43,061 nucleotides of DNA from Candidatus Fervidifonticultor quintus. GTDB lineage: Bacteria; Sysuimicrobiota; Sysuimicrobiia; Sysuimicrobiales; Humicultoraceae. The translations under genes and the position numbers were made by a program. A model generated the notes under the pieces. The model did no database searches. It was not told where the DNA came from and saw nothing but the letters and a program-made list of their open reading frames with translations. Positions 7,657-17,271 of the stretch are shown piece after piece (the stretch's first letter is position 1; every line of letters begins with the position of its first letter). Where the stretch lies: positions 1-43,061 of the forward strand of contig JAVKIJ010000017.1 of the NCBI GenBank assembly GCA_031459535.1, written 5' to 3'.

Positions 7657-8433
7657 TCACCGTCGTCCCGGCTCGAGCTGCCGACGCACGAAGTCGGCCA
7701 GGTCGCTGGCCAGCCGTTCGATCACCGCGTTGCCGATCTCGACGCTCGCCCGCCGGGGATCGCCGAAGATGCCGTTGGGCGTAATCGCCCGCATCCCGCG
7801 CGTGAAGATCTCGGTGGCGTCAACCCGGCCGAGATAGCCCGGCTCCAACCGATCGGTCGCCACCAGGTGTGGATAGCGCGCCAGCATGATGGACGTCTCG
7901 GTGACGTCGGCGTGAATGGCGTCCACGTCCTGCGGCGCGCCCAGCCCGGCCGCGGTCCCCACCATGACCCGCATCATCTCCTGCAGGGCGGCCATCCCGG
8001 CGAAGGTCACGATGCGCACGCCCTTTCCCCCAAACTCGTCCTCCAGCCGCTTCCCGGCAACCTCCAGCGGCGCGAAGTTGCCGCCGTGCGACGAGAACAG
8101 CACGAACGTGTCGAAGCCGTGGGGTGCCAGCGACCGAACGTAGGCCACCACGGTCTCGATGAAGACGTCCTGCGGCACCGAGAGGCTGCCGGGAAATGCT
8201 AGGTGGTGGTCCGAGCAGGCCGGGCGGATCGGCGGCGCGAGTAGGGCGTTGCCCAGCTTGCGCGCGAGCTGTTCGCCGACCACCTGGCCGATCGCCGTGT
8301 CGGTGACCATGGGCAGGTGGGGGCCGTGCTGCTCGATGGACGCGGCGACGATGACCACGGTCCGCACGCCCCGCTGGATCAGGTCGTGCACTTCGGGCCA
8401 GGTGAGCTCTTCGAGCAGGACGGTGTTCTTCAC
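7657..8433 (-). CDS. Creatininase/creatinine amidohydrolase family protein
   Basis: SIEQHGPHLP..TD, SDHH..FPG, SHGGN and HA...ETS motifs. Confidence 0.9.
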   Translation of the reverse strand: MKNTVLLEELTWPEVHDLIQRGVRTVVIVAASIEQHGPHLPMVTDTAIGQVVGEQLARKLGNALLAPPIRPACSDHHLAFPGSLSVPQDVFIETVVAYVRSLAPHGFDTFVLFSSHGGNFAPLEVAGKRLEDEFGGKGVRIVTFAGMAALQEMMRVMVGTAAGLGAPQDVDAIHADVTETSIMLARYPHLVATDRLEPGYLGRVDATEIFTRGMRAITPNGIFGDPRRASVEIGNAVIERLASDLADFVRRQLEPGRR

Positions 8434-10073
8434 GCGTAGGCTCCTTTATCAGGCGACCCAGCCAGCTCTGCCAGCTCGCCGGCCGCGTGCACGACGCGGC
8501 CGCCTAGAACCGTGGCCAGCACGTCGACACGCAGCAACTCCTCGGGCGGGCCGACGTACGGGTCGCGGTCGAGCACGATGAAGTCGGCCACCTTGCCCTC
8601 CTCCAGCGACCCCTGCCAGGTCTCCGTGCCCGCAGCGCGGGCGGCGCCCAGGGTGTACGCCTGAATCGCCTCGTGCAGGGACAGGCGTTCCTCGGGGTGC
8701 CATGCCGGGCGGTCGGGTTCGTCCTCGCGCTTCCGCGCCACTGCGGCGTACAGGCCCCGCCAGGGATCGGGGGTCTCGACCGGCGCATCCGACCCGAAGG
8801 CCAGGTTGACCCGGGTGGCAGCCAGCGAGCGGAAGGCGTACGCCAGCCGCGCGCGACAGCCCCAGTAGCGGTCGGCGATGTCGCGGTCGGCGGTGGCGTG
8901 AACCGGCTGCATGGACGCGGTCACGCCGAGCCTCGCCAGCCGCGGCAGGTCGTCGGGGTGCAGTACCTGGACGTGCTCGATGCGGTGCCGGCAACCAGCG
9001 CGCCGCGACGCCTCGTGGTGTCGCTCGAAGACGTCGAGCACGTCTCGGTTGGCTCGGTCACCGATGGCGTGAACCGCAGCCCACAGGCCGGCCTCGAGCG
9101 CCTGGCGAACCAGGCGATCGATCTCCTCCGGGGTGCGCACCTGAATGCCGTAGTTGCCCGGCTGGCCCTCGAACGGCTCCAGCATGCTGGCCGTCTGCGA
9201 GCCCAGCGTGCCGTCGGCGAAGATCTTGACGGGCCCGATCCGCAGCATCGCATCGCCCAGACCCGTCTGCATGCCGGCGGCGGCCGCCGCCTCAAGGTGG
9301 GTGTCCGGCACGCACGCGACAATTCGCACGGTAAGTGCGTCCCGCGCACGTAGCCGCTGGAACGTGGCGAAGTTGGCCGGGGTGTGCTCGGTCGTGCCGG
9401 TGAAGTTGTGGATGCCCGTGATGCCCAGGCAGTTGAGCGCCGCAGCCGCGGACAGCGTCGCCTGTTCGCGCATCTCGGCCGACGGGGCCGGCGCGGCCAG
9501 CCTGACCAGCGCCGTCGCCTGCTCCTTGAGCAGACCGTCGGGCTCTCCCGAGGTCTCGCGACCGATGGTTCCGCCCGGCGGGTCAGGGGTGTAGCGCGTG
9601 ACCCCGGCTGCGCGCAGCGCCGCGGTGTTGACCCAGAGCAGGTGCCCGTCCTTACTGGCCAGCGCCGCGGGCCGTCCGTCCGTGACCGGATCGAGATCGT
9701 GCCGGGTCGGAAAGCGGCCTTCAGCCCAGACGTTCTTGTCCCAGCCGTGGCCAACGAGCCATGTTCCTTCCGGTCGCATCGCGGCGGCCCCGGCGATAGT
9801 TTGCACCGCCTCCGCGATCGACCGGGTCTTGCGCAGATCGATCTCCAGCAGGCTAAGGCCGTAGCCCACGCAGTGGATGTGGGCGTCGATGAAGCCAGGG
9901 AAGACGGTGAGGCCCCGCAGGTCTACGCGCGCGGCTCCGGGGAACTCGGCCAGCAGGCGGGCCGTGCGCCCCACAGCCAGCAGGCGCCCCATGCCCACCG
10001 CCATGGCATCGGCCGTGGGGGCCGGGCCTCCGTCGGCGTGCACGCGGGCGTTGTGGTAGACGACGACAGACAC
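8430..10073 (-). CDS. Amidohydrolase (YtcJ-like, Amidohydro_3)
   Basis: PGFIDAHIH, KIFADG, HAIGD, RIEH, SMQP.H and GSDAP motifs. GTG 10073 preferred over 10091 because 10091 lies within the putative promoter motif. Confidence 0.9.
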   Translation of the reverse strand: MSVVVYHNARVHADGGPAPTADAMAVGMGRLLAVGRTARLLAEFPGAARVDLRGLTVFPGFIDAHIHCVGYGLSLLEIDLRKTRSIAEAVQTIAGAAAMRPEGTWLVGHGWDKNVWAEGRFPTRHDLDPVTDGRPAALASKDGHLLWVNTAALRAAGVTRYTPDPPGGTIGRETSGEPDGLLKEQATALVRLAAPAPSAEMREQATLSAAAALNCLGITGIHNFTGTTEHTPANFATFQRLRARDALTVRIVACVPDTHLEAAAAAGMQTGLGDAMLRIGPVKIFADGTLGSQTASMLEPFEGQPGNYGIQVRTPEEIDRLVRQALEAGLWAAVHAIGDRANRDVLDVFERHHEASRRAGCRHRIEHVQVLHPDDLPRLARLGVTASMQPVHATADRDIADRYWGCRARLAYAFRSLAATRVNLAFGSDAPVETPDPWRGLYAAVARKREDEPDRPAWHPEERLSLHEAIQAYTLGAARAAGTETWQGSLEEGKVADFIVLDRDPYVGPPEELLRVDVLATVLGGRVVHAAGELAELAGSPDKGAYA

Positions 10074-10085
10074 TCTGACGGCCGA

Positions 10086-10113
10086 CTTCACTCTGAGGTG
10101 CGGCGACTCCTGC
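10086..10113 (-). promoter_or_regulatory. GCAGG-N19-GAA putative alternative-sigma promoter
   Basis: GCAGGA-N18-GAAG ending 12 nt before GTG 10073. Confidence 0.5.
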
Positions 10114-10135
10114 GCCGCCAGGGGCGGTCAGTGCC

Positions 10136-10600
10136 TCAGGGACTGGGCAGCGAGCGCATGAGTGTCGCCATCCGGATCGCGGCGCGGGCGGCGTCCTCGC
10201 CGCGGTTGACCTTTCCCCCGGCCCGATCGGCGGCGTGGGCCGGATCGAACACGGCCAGCACCTCGTTGATCACCGGGACGCCGGTCTGCAGGGCCACCTG
10301 GGCCATGCCCGCCGCGGCGTTGTGGGCCACGAGATCGAAGTGCAGGGTCTCGCCCCGGATGACGCACCCAAGACAGATGATGGCGTCGTAGGCGCGCGTC
10401 TGGGCCAGCCTGCGCGCCGCCAGCGGGATCTCCAGCGCGCCCGGCACCCAGGCCACGTCCACGCGCGCGGCGCCCGCCGCCGCCAGGACGGCCTGCGCGC
10501 CGTCCAGCAGCCGCTGCGTGACGTACTCGTTGTAGCGGCTGACCACGACGGCGAATGACAGCCCCGATGCGTCATCGCTGCCCTGGAACACCGTGCCCAT
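10136..10600 (-). CDS. ribH: 6,7-dimethyl-8-ribityllumazine synthase
   Basis: VVSRYN, VPGALEIP, LGCVIRGET.HF; last gene of the rib operon. Confidence 0.95.
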   Translation of the reverse strand: MGTVFQGSDDASGLSFAVVVSRYNEYVTQRLLDGAQAVLAAAGAARVDVAWVPGALEIPLAARRLAQTRAYDAIICLGCVIRGETLHFDLVAHNAAAGMAQVALQTGVPVINEVLAVFDPAHAADRAGGKVNRGEDAARAAIRMATLMRSLPSP

Positions 10601-10617
10601 AGTGGCCTCGCCCTGCC

Positions 10618-11843
<1,226 letters not shown>

Positions 11844-11847
<4 letters not shown>

Positions 11848-12443
11848 GACCGCCCTCCCTCCAGCAGGCGCTCCACGTACTTGGCCAGGATGTCCACCTC
11901 GAGGTTGACGCCCTCGCCCGGCCCTTTGCGGCCCAGAGTGGTGACCGCCAGCGTGTGCGGGATCAACGCCACCGCGAACCGGCCGCCAGGCCCCGCGGCG
12001 GCCACGGTGAGGCTGACGCCGTCCACCGCGATTGACCCCTTCTCGGCGATGTAGCGCGCCAGCGGGCCGGGCGCGTCGATCTCCATCCAGACGCCGTCAC
12101 CCTCGGGTCGGACGGACGCGATCGTCCCCACGCCGTCTATATGACCCTGCACGAGATGCCCGCCCAGGCGTTGATCGAGGCGCACCGGCCGCTCCAGATT
12201 GACCGGATCGCCGGGCCGCAGCTCGCCCAGGGTGGTGCGGCGCAGCGTCTCGGCTGCCAGGTCGGCCGCAAATTCCCCTGAGCCGAGCTCGACCATCGTC
12301 AGGCACACGCCGTTGACCGCGATGCTCTCGCCGATGGTGGCGCCGTCGATCAGCGTGCCCGCCCGAATCCTGACCCGCGCGCCGTCGGGGCGCATCTCGA
12401 CCGACGTCACGTGACCCATGCCTTCGACGATACCGGTGAACAT
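11844..12443 (-). CDS. ribE: Riboflavin synthase (alpha chain)
   Basis: MFTGIVE N-terminus, [26 protein letters not shown]. Confidence 0.95.
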
Positions 12444-13534
12444 CACGCCTCCAGATATCCGGTGACCGCCACGTCGTCACCGAGGGCCACGATTTCCACG
12501 TGGTGCAGGCGGAGCGGTGCGGTGAGGGCGGCGGCACCCGCGCCGTCCAGGGGCGTCGGGGCCCGCTCCTCGCCCAGGAGGCAGGGCGCAACCAGCGCCA
12601 CGATCTTGTCCGCGACGCCCGCGGCCAGGGCCGCCGCGTGGACGGTCCCGCCCCCTTCGATGAGCACGTGGAGCAGGCCGCGGCGCCCCAGGACCTCTAA
12701 TAGCGCCCTGAGGTCCACCGGACCCCCGGGGCGGTCCTGCACCAGGACCTCGACCCCCTCCCGGCGCAGCGCCTCCACGCGGTCGGCCGGTGCCGCGCGC
12801 GTGGTCGCAATCAGGGTGGGCGCCTCGCCGACGGCCCTGACCACGCGTGCTGCGCTCGGCGTGCGCAGCCGGGAGTCCAGCACGACCCTCAGCGGGTTGC
12901 GAGGTGCCGGCACGGTCTCCGCCGGGAGTCGGCAGGTCAGGTGCGGGTCGTCAGCCAGCACCGTCCCCACGCCGACCAGCACCGCGTCGGAGACGTTCCG
13001 CAGGCGGTGCACGAACCGCCTCGCCTCCTCGCCGGTCAGCGTGGTCCGGCGGTCGCGCCGCGCGGCGGTCCTACCGTCGAGACTCATCGCCCACTTCAGC
13101 GTCACGAACGGCAGGCCAGTCCGCCGGTGCTTGATGAAGCCCTCGTTGGCGCGCCGCGCCCGGGCTTCAAGCAGGCCCACCTCGACCTCGATACCCGCCT
13201 CCCGCAACCGGACGATGCCCCTGCCGCTCACCGCGGGATCGGGGTCTATCATCGCGGCGACCACGCGCCGGACGCCGGCGGCGATCAGCGCCTCGGTGCA
13301 GGGCCCCGTCCGACCGGTGTGGTTGCAGGGCTCGAGGGTCACGTACACGGTCGCGCCCCTGGCGCGCTCGCCGGCCTCCCGCAGCGCCAGCACCTCGGCG
13401 TGAGGCTGCCCTGCTCCAGGATGGAACCCGCGGCCGACGATCTGACCATCGGCGACCACGACCGCACCCACGATGGGATTGGGGCTGGTGCGGCCCTCGG
13501 CTCGCCGAGCCAGCGCCAGCGCCTCTTCCATCAT
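12443..13534 (-). CDS. ribD: Bifunctional pyrimidine deaminase/reductase
   Basis: TSPNP.VG, HAE, TLEPC...GPC, K.AMSLDG, IEGG. The start may be a CTG at 13567. Confidence 0.96.
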   Translation of the reverse strand: MMEEALALARRAEGRTSPNPIVGAVVVADGQIVGRGFHPGAGQPHAEVLALREAGERARGATVYVTLEPCNHTGRTGPCTEALIAAGVRRVVAAMIDPDPAVSGRGIVRLREAGIEVEVGLLEARARRANEGFIKHRRTGLPFVTLKWAMSLDGRTAARRDRRTTLTGEEARRFVHRLRNVSDAVLVGVGTVLADDPHLTCRLPAETVPAPRNPLRVVLDSRLRTPSAARVVRAVGEAPTLIATTRAAPADRVEALRREGVEVLVQDRPGGPVDLRALLEVLGRRGLLHVLIEGGGTVHAAALAAGVADKIVALVAPCLLGEERAPTPLDGAGAAALTAPLRLHHVEIVALGDDVAVTGYLEA

Positions 13535-13580
13535 GGCGACATCGCCTGGTGCGGCAGTGTGCGTCAGTGGTCCTCACCCC

Positions 13581-13619
13581 AAAATACAGGCGCCCGGATC
13601 GCAACGAGCCTCCGGGCGC
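13581..13619 (-). terminator. Putative attenuator/terminator hairpin of the FMN riboswitch expression platform
   Basis: GCGCCCGGA...TCCGGGCGC 9-bp stem followed by CTGTATTTT, between the aptamer and ribD. Confidence 0.55.
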
Positions 13620-13707
13620 AGCAACGACGAAGCGACGGCCGGGCCGGAACCCGCGACACCGAACACAGGGTCGCGAGCCCCCTGTCCCAAAGCCAGGCTC
13701 CACCGGT

Positions 13708-13848
13708 GACCTTCTCCCATCCGGACTGTACCGTCGGCTCCGGAGTCTCACCGGATCCTGCCCTGCCGCTGGCGCGACGCAGGCTCGCGGGCTGTACCGC
13801 CGATCGGGAATTGCCGGCTCTGCGCCGGCTCACCCTGCCCCGAAGGTC
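13708..13848 (-). ncRNA. FMN riboswitch (RFN element)
   Basis: GACCTTC-GGGGCAGGGTGA..ATTCCC.ATCGGCGGT..AGCCCGCGA..GATCCGGTGAGACTCCGGAGCCGACGGT.CAGTCCGGATGGGA-GAAGGTC, upstream of ribD. Confidence 0.96.
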
Positions 13849-13872
13849 GCTATGCAATTCCTGCCAGCCTCA

Positions 13873-13881
13873 ATAGTACCA
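13873..13881 (-). promoter_or_regulatory. Extended -10 (TGGTACTAT) for the rib operon leader
   Basis: TGnTACTAT about 25 nt upstream of the riboswitch; the identical 9-mer occurs at 42264-42272. Confidence 0.55.
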
Positions 13882-13916
13882 TCCAGCGGCCGCCGCAGCC
13901 AGCCCGTCCCCGAGCA

Positions 13917-13944
13917 GCAGGCATCGGCCGGCCGCCGGGCGAAA
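13917..13944 (+). promoter_or_regulatory. GCAGG-N19-GAA putative alternative-sigma promoter
   Basis: GCAGGC-N18-GAAA ending 10 nt before GTG 13955. Confidence 0.5.
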
Positions 13945-13954
13945 ACTCGCCGGC

Positions 13955-14728
13955 GTGGCCGTCTACCACCCGCCGCCGCGTGAGGCCTTCACCCGCCGCG
14001 AACTCGCCGTCATTGACGGGCACCGGACGCCGGCCGCCGTCCAGCGCTTCCTGAACTTCGGGCTGCGGTACAACCACCACCTGGTGGGCACGCGGCTGGC
14101 GTCGTTTCGCGAGGTGCTGCGCAGCGGCCAGACCATGTGCATCGAAGCGGCGTTGGTGGCGGCGGTCATCCTGGAGCAGCACGGCTACCCGCCCCTGGTC
14201 GTGAGCCTGGAGTCACAGGACGACCTGGATCACGTGCTGTTCGTGTTCCGGCACCGGGGCCGGTGGGGCGCGGTGGCTCGCTCGCGCGACGCCGGGCTGC
14301 ACGGTCGGCGACCGGTCTATCGCTCGATCCGCGACCTGGTCTGGAGCTACTACGATCCCTACGTGGACTGGACGGGGCGCCTGACGGGGTACGCCCTGAT
14401 CGACCTGCGGACTGTAGCGCCCTACGACTGGCGCTTCAATCGGCGGAACATGTGGTGGCTGGAGCGCTACATGGTCCGGTTTCCCCACACACCGCTGCGG
14501 TCATCCGACGCCCGCTACCGATCGCTGCTGGCGCGCTACCGGGTCTTCCGCGCCCGGCATCCCCATGCGCCGGTGGACTACTACCCTACTCGCAGGTACT
14601 GGATGTGGCCCGGACGACGCCGATGGCACCAGAGCCAGGGCTCGATCACGTCCCCGGACGGGTGCCGGCCAGTTCCTGCAGCAGGCCCACCAGCAACCGC
14701 GCGGCCTCGTCGAGATGGTGGGGCGTGA
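13955..14728 (+). CDS. Conserved hypothetical protein with transglutaminase/papain-like Cys-His motifs
   Basis: MCIEAAL.AA..L...G and DHV.FVF...G.WGAV; aromatic-rich, protein-like composition. The 3' end overlaps the convergent gene by 83 nt. Confidence 0.65.
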   Translation: MAVYHPPPREAFTRRELAVIDGHRTPAAVQRFLNFGLRYNHHLVGTRLASFREVLRSGQTMCIEAALVAAVILEQHGYPPLVVSLESQDDLDHVLFVFRHRGRWGAVARSRDAGLHGRRPVYRSIRDLVWSYYDPYVDWTGRLTGYALIDLRTVAPYDWRFNRRNMWWLERYMVRFPHTPLRSSDARYRSLLARYRVFRARHPHAPVDYYPTRRYWMWPGRRRWHQSQGSITSPDGCRPVPAAGPPATARPRRDGGA

Positions 14729-15896
14729 TGTTGGCGGGCACGTCACCCGGCTGGTGGTAGTGCGGGTCCACGCCCCGGTGGAGAAAGACCGACGGGATGC
14801 CGTACCGCTCGAAGCTGACGTGGTCGCTGGCGCCCGAGCGGAACCTCGAAACCGGGATGTGCAGGCGTTGGGCGACGCGTTCTGCGACGCCGACCAAGCT
14901 ATCGTCGCGCCCGGGGGACGCGCCGATCATCAGCCGATCGCCCCAGCCGACCATGTCGAGATTGATCATCGCCACCACGCCGCCTCGTCGTTCGGCGGCG
15001 AAGGCGCCCGATCCATAGAGGCCGAGCTCCTCACCAGCGAAGAAGACGAACTGCACGGTCCGGGCGGCCGGCACGCCGGCCAGCACGCGGGCCGCCTCGA
15101 GCGTGGCGGCCACACCCGAGGCGTTGTCGTTGGCGCCGGGGCCGGCCGGGACCGTGTCGAAGTGAGCGCCGGCGACGATGACTTCTTCGGGTCGCGCCAG
15201 CCCCCACCTGGAGGCCACCACGTTGGACGCCGTCCGGGTCTCGAACAAGGTGTCAACCAGCAGGCGCACGCGCATCCGCCCCCGCTGTGCCGCTTCAACC
15301 AGTCGCCTCCCCTCATCCTGACCGATGGTGACCGCAGGGATCTCGGAGCGCTGTCCAAGCGTGCCGGCGACGATCCCGGCAGTGTTGTTGTAGATGATGG
15401 CCGCGACCGCCCCCCGCGAGGCGGCGTTGGCGACCTTCTCTCGGAAGGTGATGCTACCCCGCTCGGCCAGTACCACTGCGCCGGCGACGTCCTTGCCATC
15501 GAAGTCGGCGGGCCGACCCAGCCCCACGAACACTAGGTCGGCCTCCAGCCCGTCGGCTGGCGTGGCGGCGGAGAAGAAGAGGGCCTGGCTGGGGATCGGC
15601 TGCGTGGCCCCCACAGGTTGTACCTCCACGCGACGCGCCTCGAAGTACGGAAACTGGAATGCGTGCGCCTCCACCGGGTAGCCGTACTGGCGCAGCTGCG
15701 TCATGAGGTACTCCGCGGCCTGGCGCTCGCCAGACGTACCCGAGACCCGCGGCCCGATGGTCCCGGCCAGGTGCTGCACGTGTGCGAACGCCGCATCGGC
15801 TGACGTCGCGGGCTGGCCGAACGCCAGCGACGGCACCAGCGCCGCGAGCGCCACCACGAGCCACAGGCCCGCTGCCTGGAGCCACGAGTTCCGCAT
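14646..15896 (-). CDS. Secreted M28 aminopeptidase with PA domain
   Basis: Signal peptide; PA domain (RG.ITF.EK..NA...GA); GAHFD, GANDNASG, GEELGL.GS, NLDM, SDH..F, YHQ..D. Confidence 0.93.
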   Translation of the reverse strand: MRNSWLQAAGLWLVVALAALVPSLAFGQPATSADAAFAHVQHLAGTIGPRVSGTSGERQAAEYLMTQLRQYGYPVEAHAFQFPYFEARRVEVQPVGATQPIPSQALFFSAATPADGLEADLVFVGLGRPADFDGKDVAGAVVLAERGSITFREKVANAASRGAVAAIIYNNTAGIVAGTLGQRSEIPAVTIGQDEGRRLVEAAQRGRMRVRLLVDTLFETRTASNVVASRWGLARPEEVIVAGAHFDTVPAGPGANDNASGVAATLEAARVLAGVPAARTVQFVFFAGEELGLYGSGAFAAERRGGVVAMINLDMVGWGDRLMIGASPGRDDSLVGVAERVAQRLHIPVSRFRSGASDHVSFERYGIPSVFLHRGVDPHYHQPGDVPANITPHHLDEAARLLVGLLQELAGTRPGT

Positions 15897-15923
15897 CGGG
15901 TCACCTCCAGGGATTTGATGGGA

Positions 15924-15949
15924 TAACGCTGCGCCGGGCGGCCTTGTTT
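15924..15949 (-). promoter_or_regulatory. Putative ECF promoter AAAC-N18-GTTA for the M28 peptidase
   Basis: gAAAC (15949-15946)-N18-GTTA (15927-15924), same spacing as upstream of the ECF sigma gene. Confidence 0.45.
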
Positions 15950-15954
15950 CGTGG

Positions 15955-16428
15955 CTAGGACGGCTGCGCCAGGTCCACGACCCTGCCGTCCGTCACCCGC
16001 ACGAGGTCGGCGGGTGCTATGGGGAAGATCGCCGTGGGCGTCCCGGCCGCGGCATAGACAACCTGGTAGTGCAGCAGGTCTTCGTCAATGAAGGTGGTCA
16101 GCGGCGTGAGGTGACCGACCGGGGGAACGCCGCCGATCGCGAACCCGGTGGTCGAGCGTACCAGGTCTGCGTCGGCCCGCTCGATCCGTGCGGCGCCGGT
16201 AGCCCGGGCGAGCTTGCCGACGTCGACCCGATTCCTGCCGGATGCGAGCGCGAGCACCGGCCGGCCGTCGGCGACAAAGACCAGCGACTTCACGATCTGT
16301 CCCAGCGTGGTCCCAATCGCCCGTGCCGCATCCTCGGCCGTGCGTGTCCCCTGCGGGAACTCGGAGATCTCCACCTCCAGGCCGGCATCGGCCAGCGCTT
16401 GCTTGACGCGTTCGGTGGCAGATAACAT
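15955..16428 (-). CDS. YbaK/EbsC family aminoacyl-tRNA deacylase
   Basis: TRTAEDAA, QIVKSL, TGFAIGGVPPVGH, YAAAG motifs. Confidence 0.9.
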   Translation of the reverse strand: MLSATERVKQALADAGLEVEISEFPQGTRTAEDAARAIGTTLGQIVKSLVFVADGRPVLALASGRNRVDVGKLARATGAARIERADADLVRSTTGFAIGGVPPVGHLTPLTTFIDEDLLHYQVVYAAAGTPTAIFPIAPADLVRVTDGRVVDLAQPS

Positions 16429-16443
16429 GCCGGAGCGGACGTC

Positions 16444-17247
16444 CTACCTCGCGCGGTTGCGGTTGCGCACCGGAAACCTGCCCTGCAGCGCATCCACCAC
16501 GATGGCCTTCACTTCGGGCGAGAAGTCCTTGCGCAGGATCCACTCCAGGAAGCCACGGTCCTTCGCCGCCACCTCGCGTAGCGGCCGACCCTTGATCCCG
16601 TCCGGACCGAACGCGAACACCGCCTCTGCCCCCTGCCACAGGAAGCGCCCCTCAGGGTCCACGGCATCCGGCTCCCTCGGCGGCGAGAAATACTCGTGCA
16701 GCTGCTCGGGCGTACGGGGAAGATCGGGATACGTGGCCAGTTGCGCGTCCAGAATCTCGACGCAGGCCTCCACGTCGGCCGACGCGGAGTGCGGATCGCG
16801 CAGCTCCTTCCCGCAGTAATACCGGTAGGCGGCCGCCAGGTGGCGGGGTTCCCGGCGGTGGAAAATGATCTGGGAGTCCACCACGGCGCGACCGGTCAGG
16901 TCGAGGCGCTGCCCGGCTGCCGCCAGCTCGCGCACGAGCACTGGCAGGTCGAACCGCTGCACGTTGAACCCGGCCAGATCGGCATTCCCGATGAAGCGCA
17001 GCACGTCGGCGGCGATCGCCTCGAAACGCGGGGCATCCGCCACGTCGGCGTCGCCGATCCCGTGGATGCGGGTCGACTCCCGGGGGATCGGCATGCCGGG
17101 GTTCACCCGCCGGGTCAGCGACTCACGCCGGCCGTCGGGGTAGACCTTGACCAGGGCGATCTCGACGATCCGATCCACGGTGGGGTTGGGCCCGGTGGTC
17201 TCCAGATCGAGAAAGACGATGGGGTTACGCAGGACGAGGTGCTGCAC
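16444..17247 (-). CDS. DEDDh 3'-5' exonuclease (DnaQ-like)
   Basis: DLETTG, GFN..RFD, H.A.AD; C-terminal FG..KG..L..V...D..FL.W extension. Confidence 0.9.
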   Translation of the reverse strand: MQHLVLRNPIVFLDLETTGPNPTVDRIVEIALVKVYPDGRRESLTRRVNPGMPIPRESTRIHGIGDADVADAPRFEAIAADVLRFIGNADLAGFNVQRFDLPVLVRELAAAGQRLDLTGRAVVDSQIIFHRREPRHLAAAYRYYCGKELRDPHSASADVEACVEILDAQLATYPDLPRTPEQLHEYFSPPREPDAVDPEGRFLWQGAEAVFAFGPDGIKGRPLREVAAKDRGFLEWILRKDFSPEVKAIVVDALQGRFPVRNRNRAR

Positions 17248-17271
17248 GGACGCTCGACCGGTCAGCTCCGC

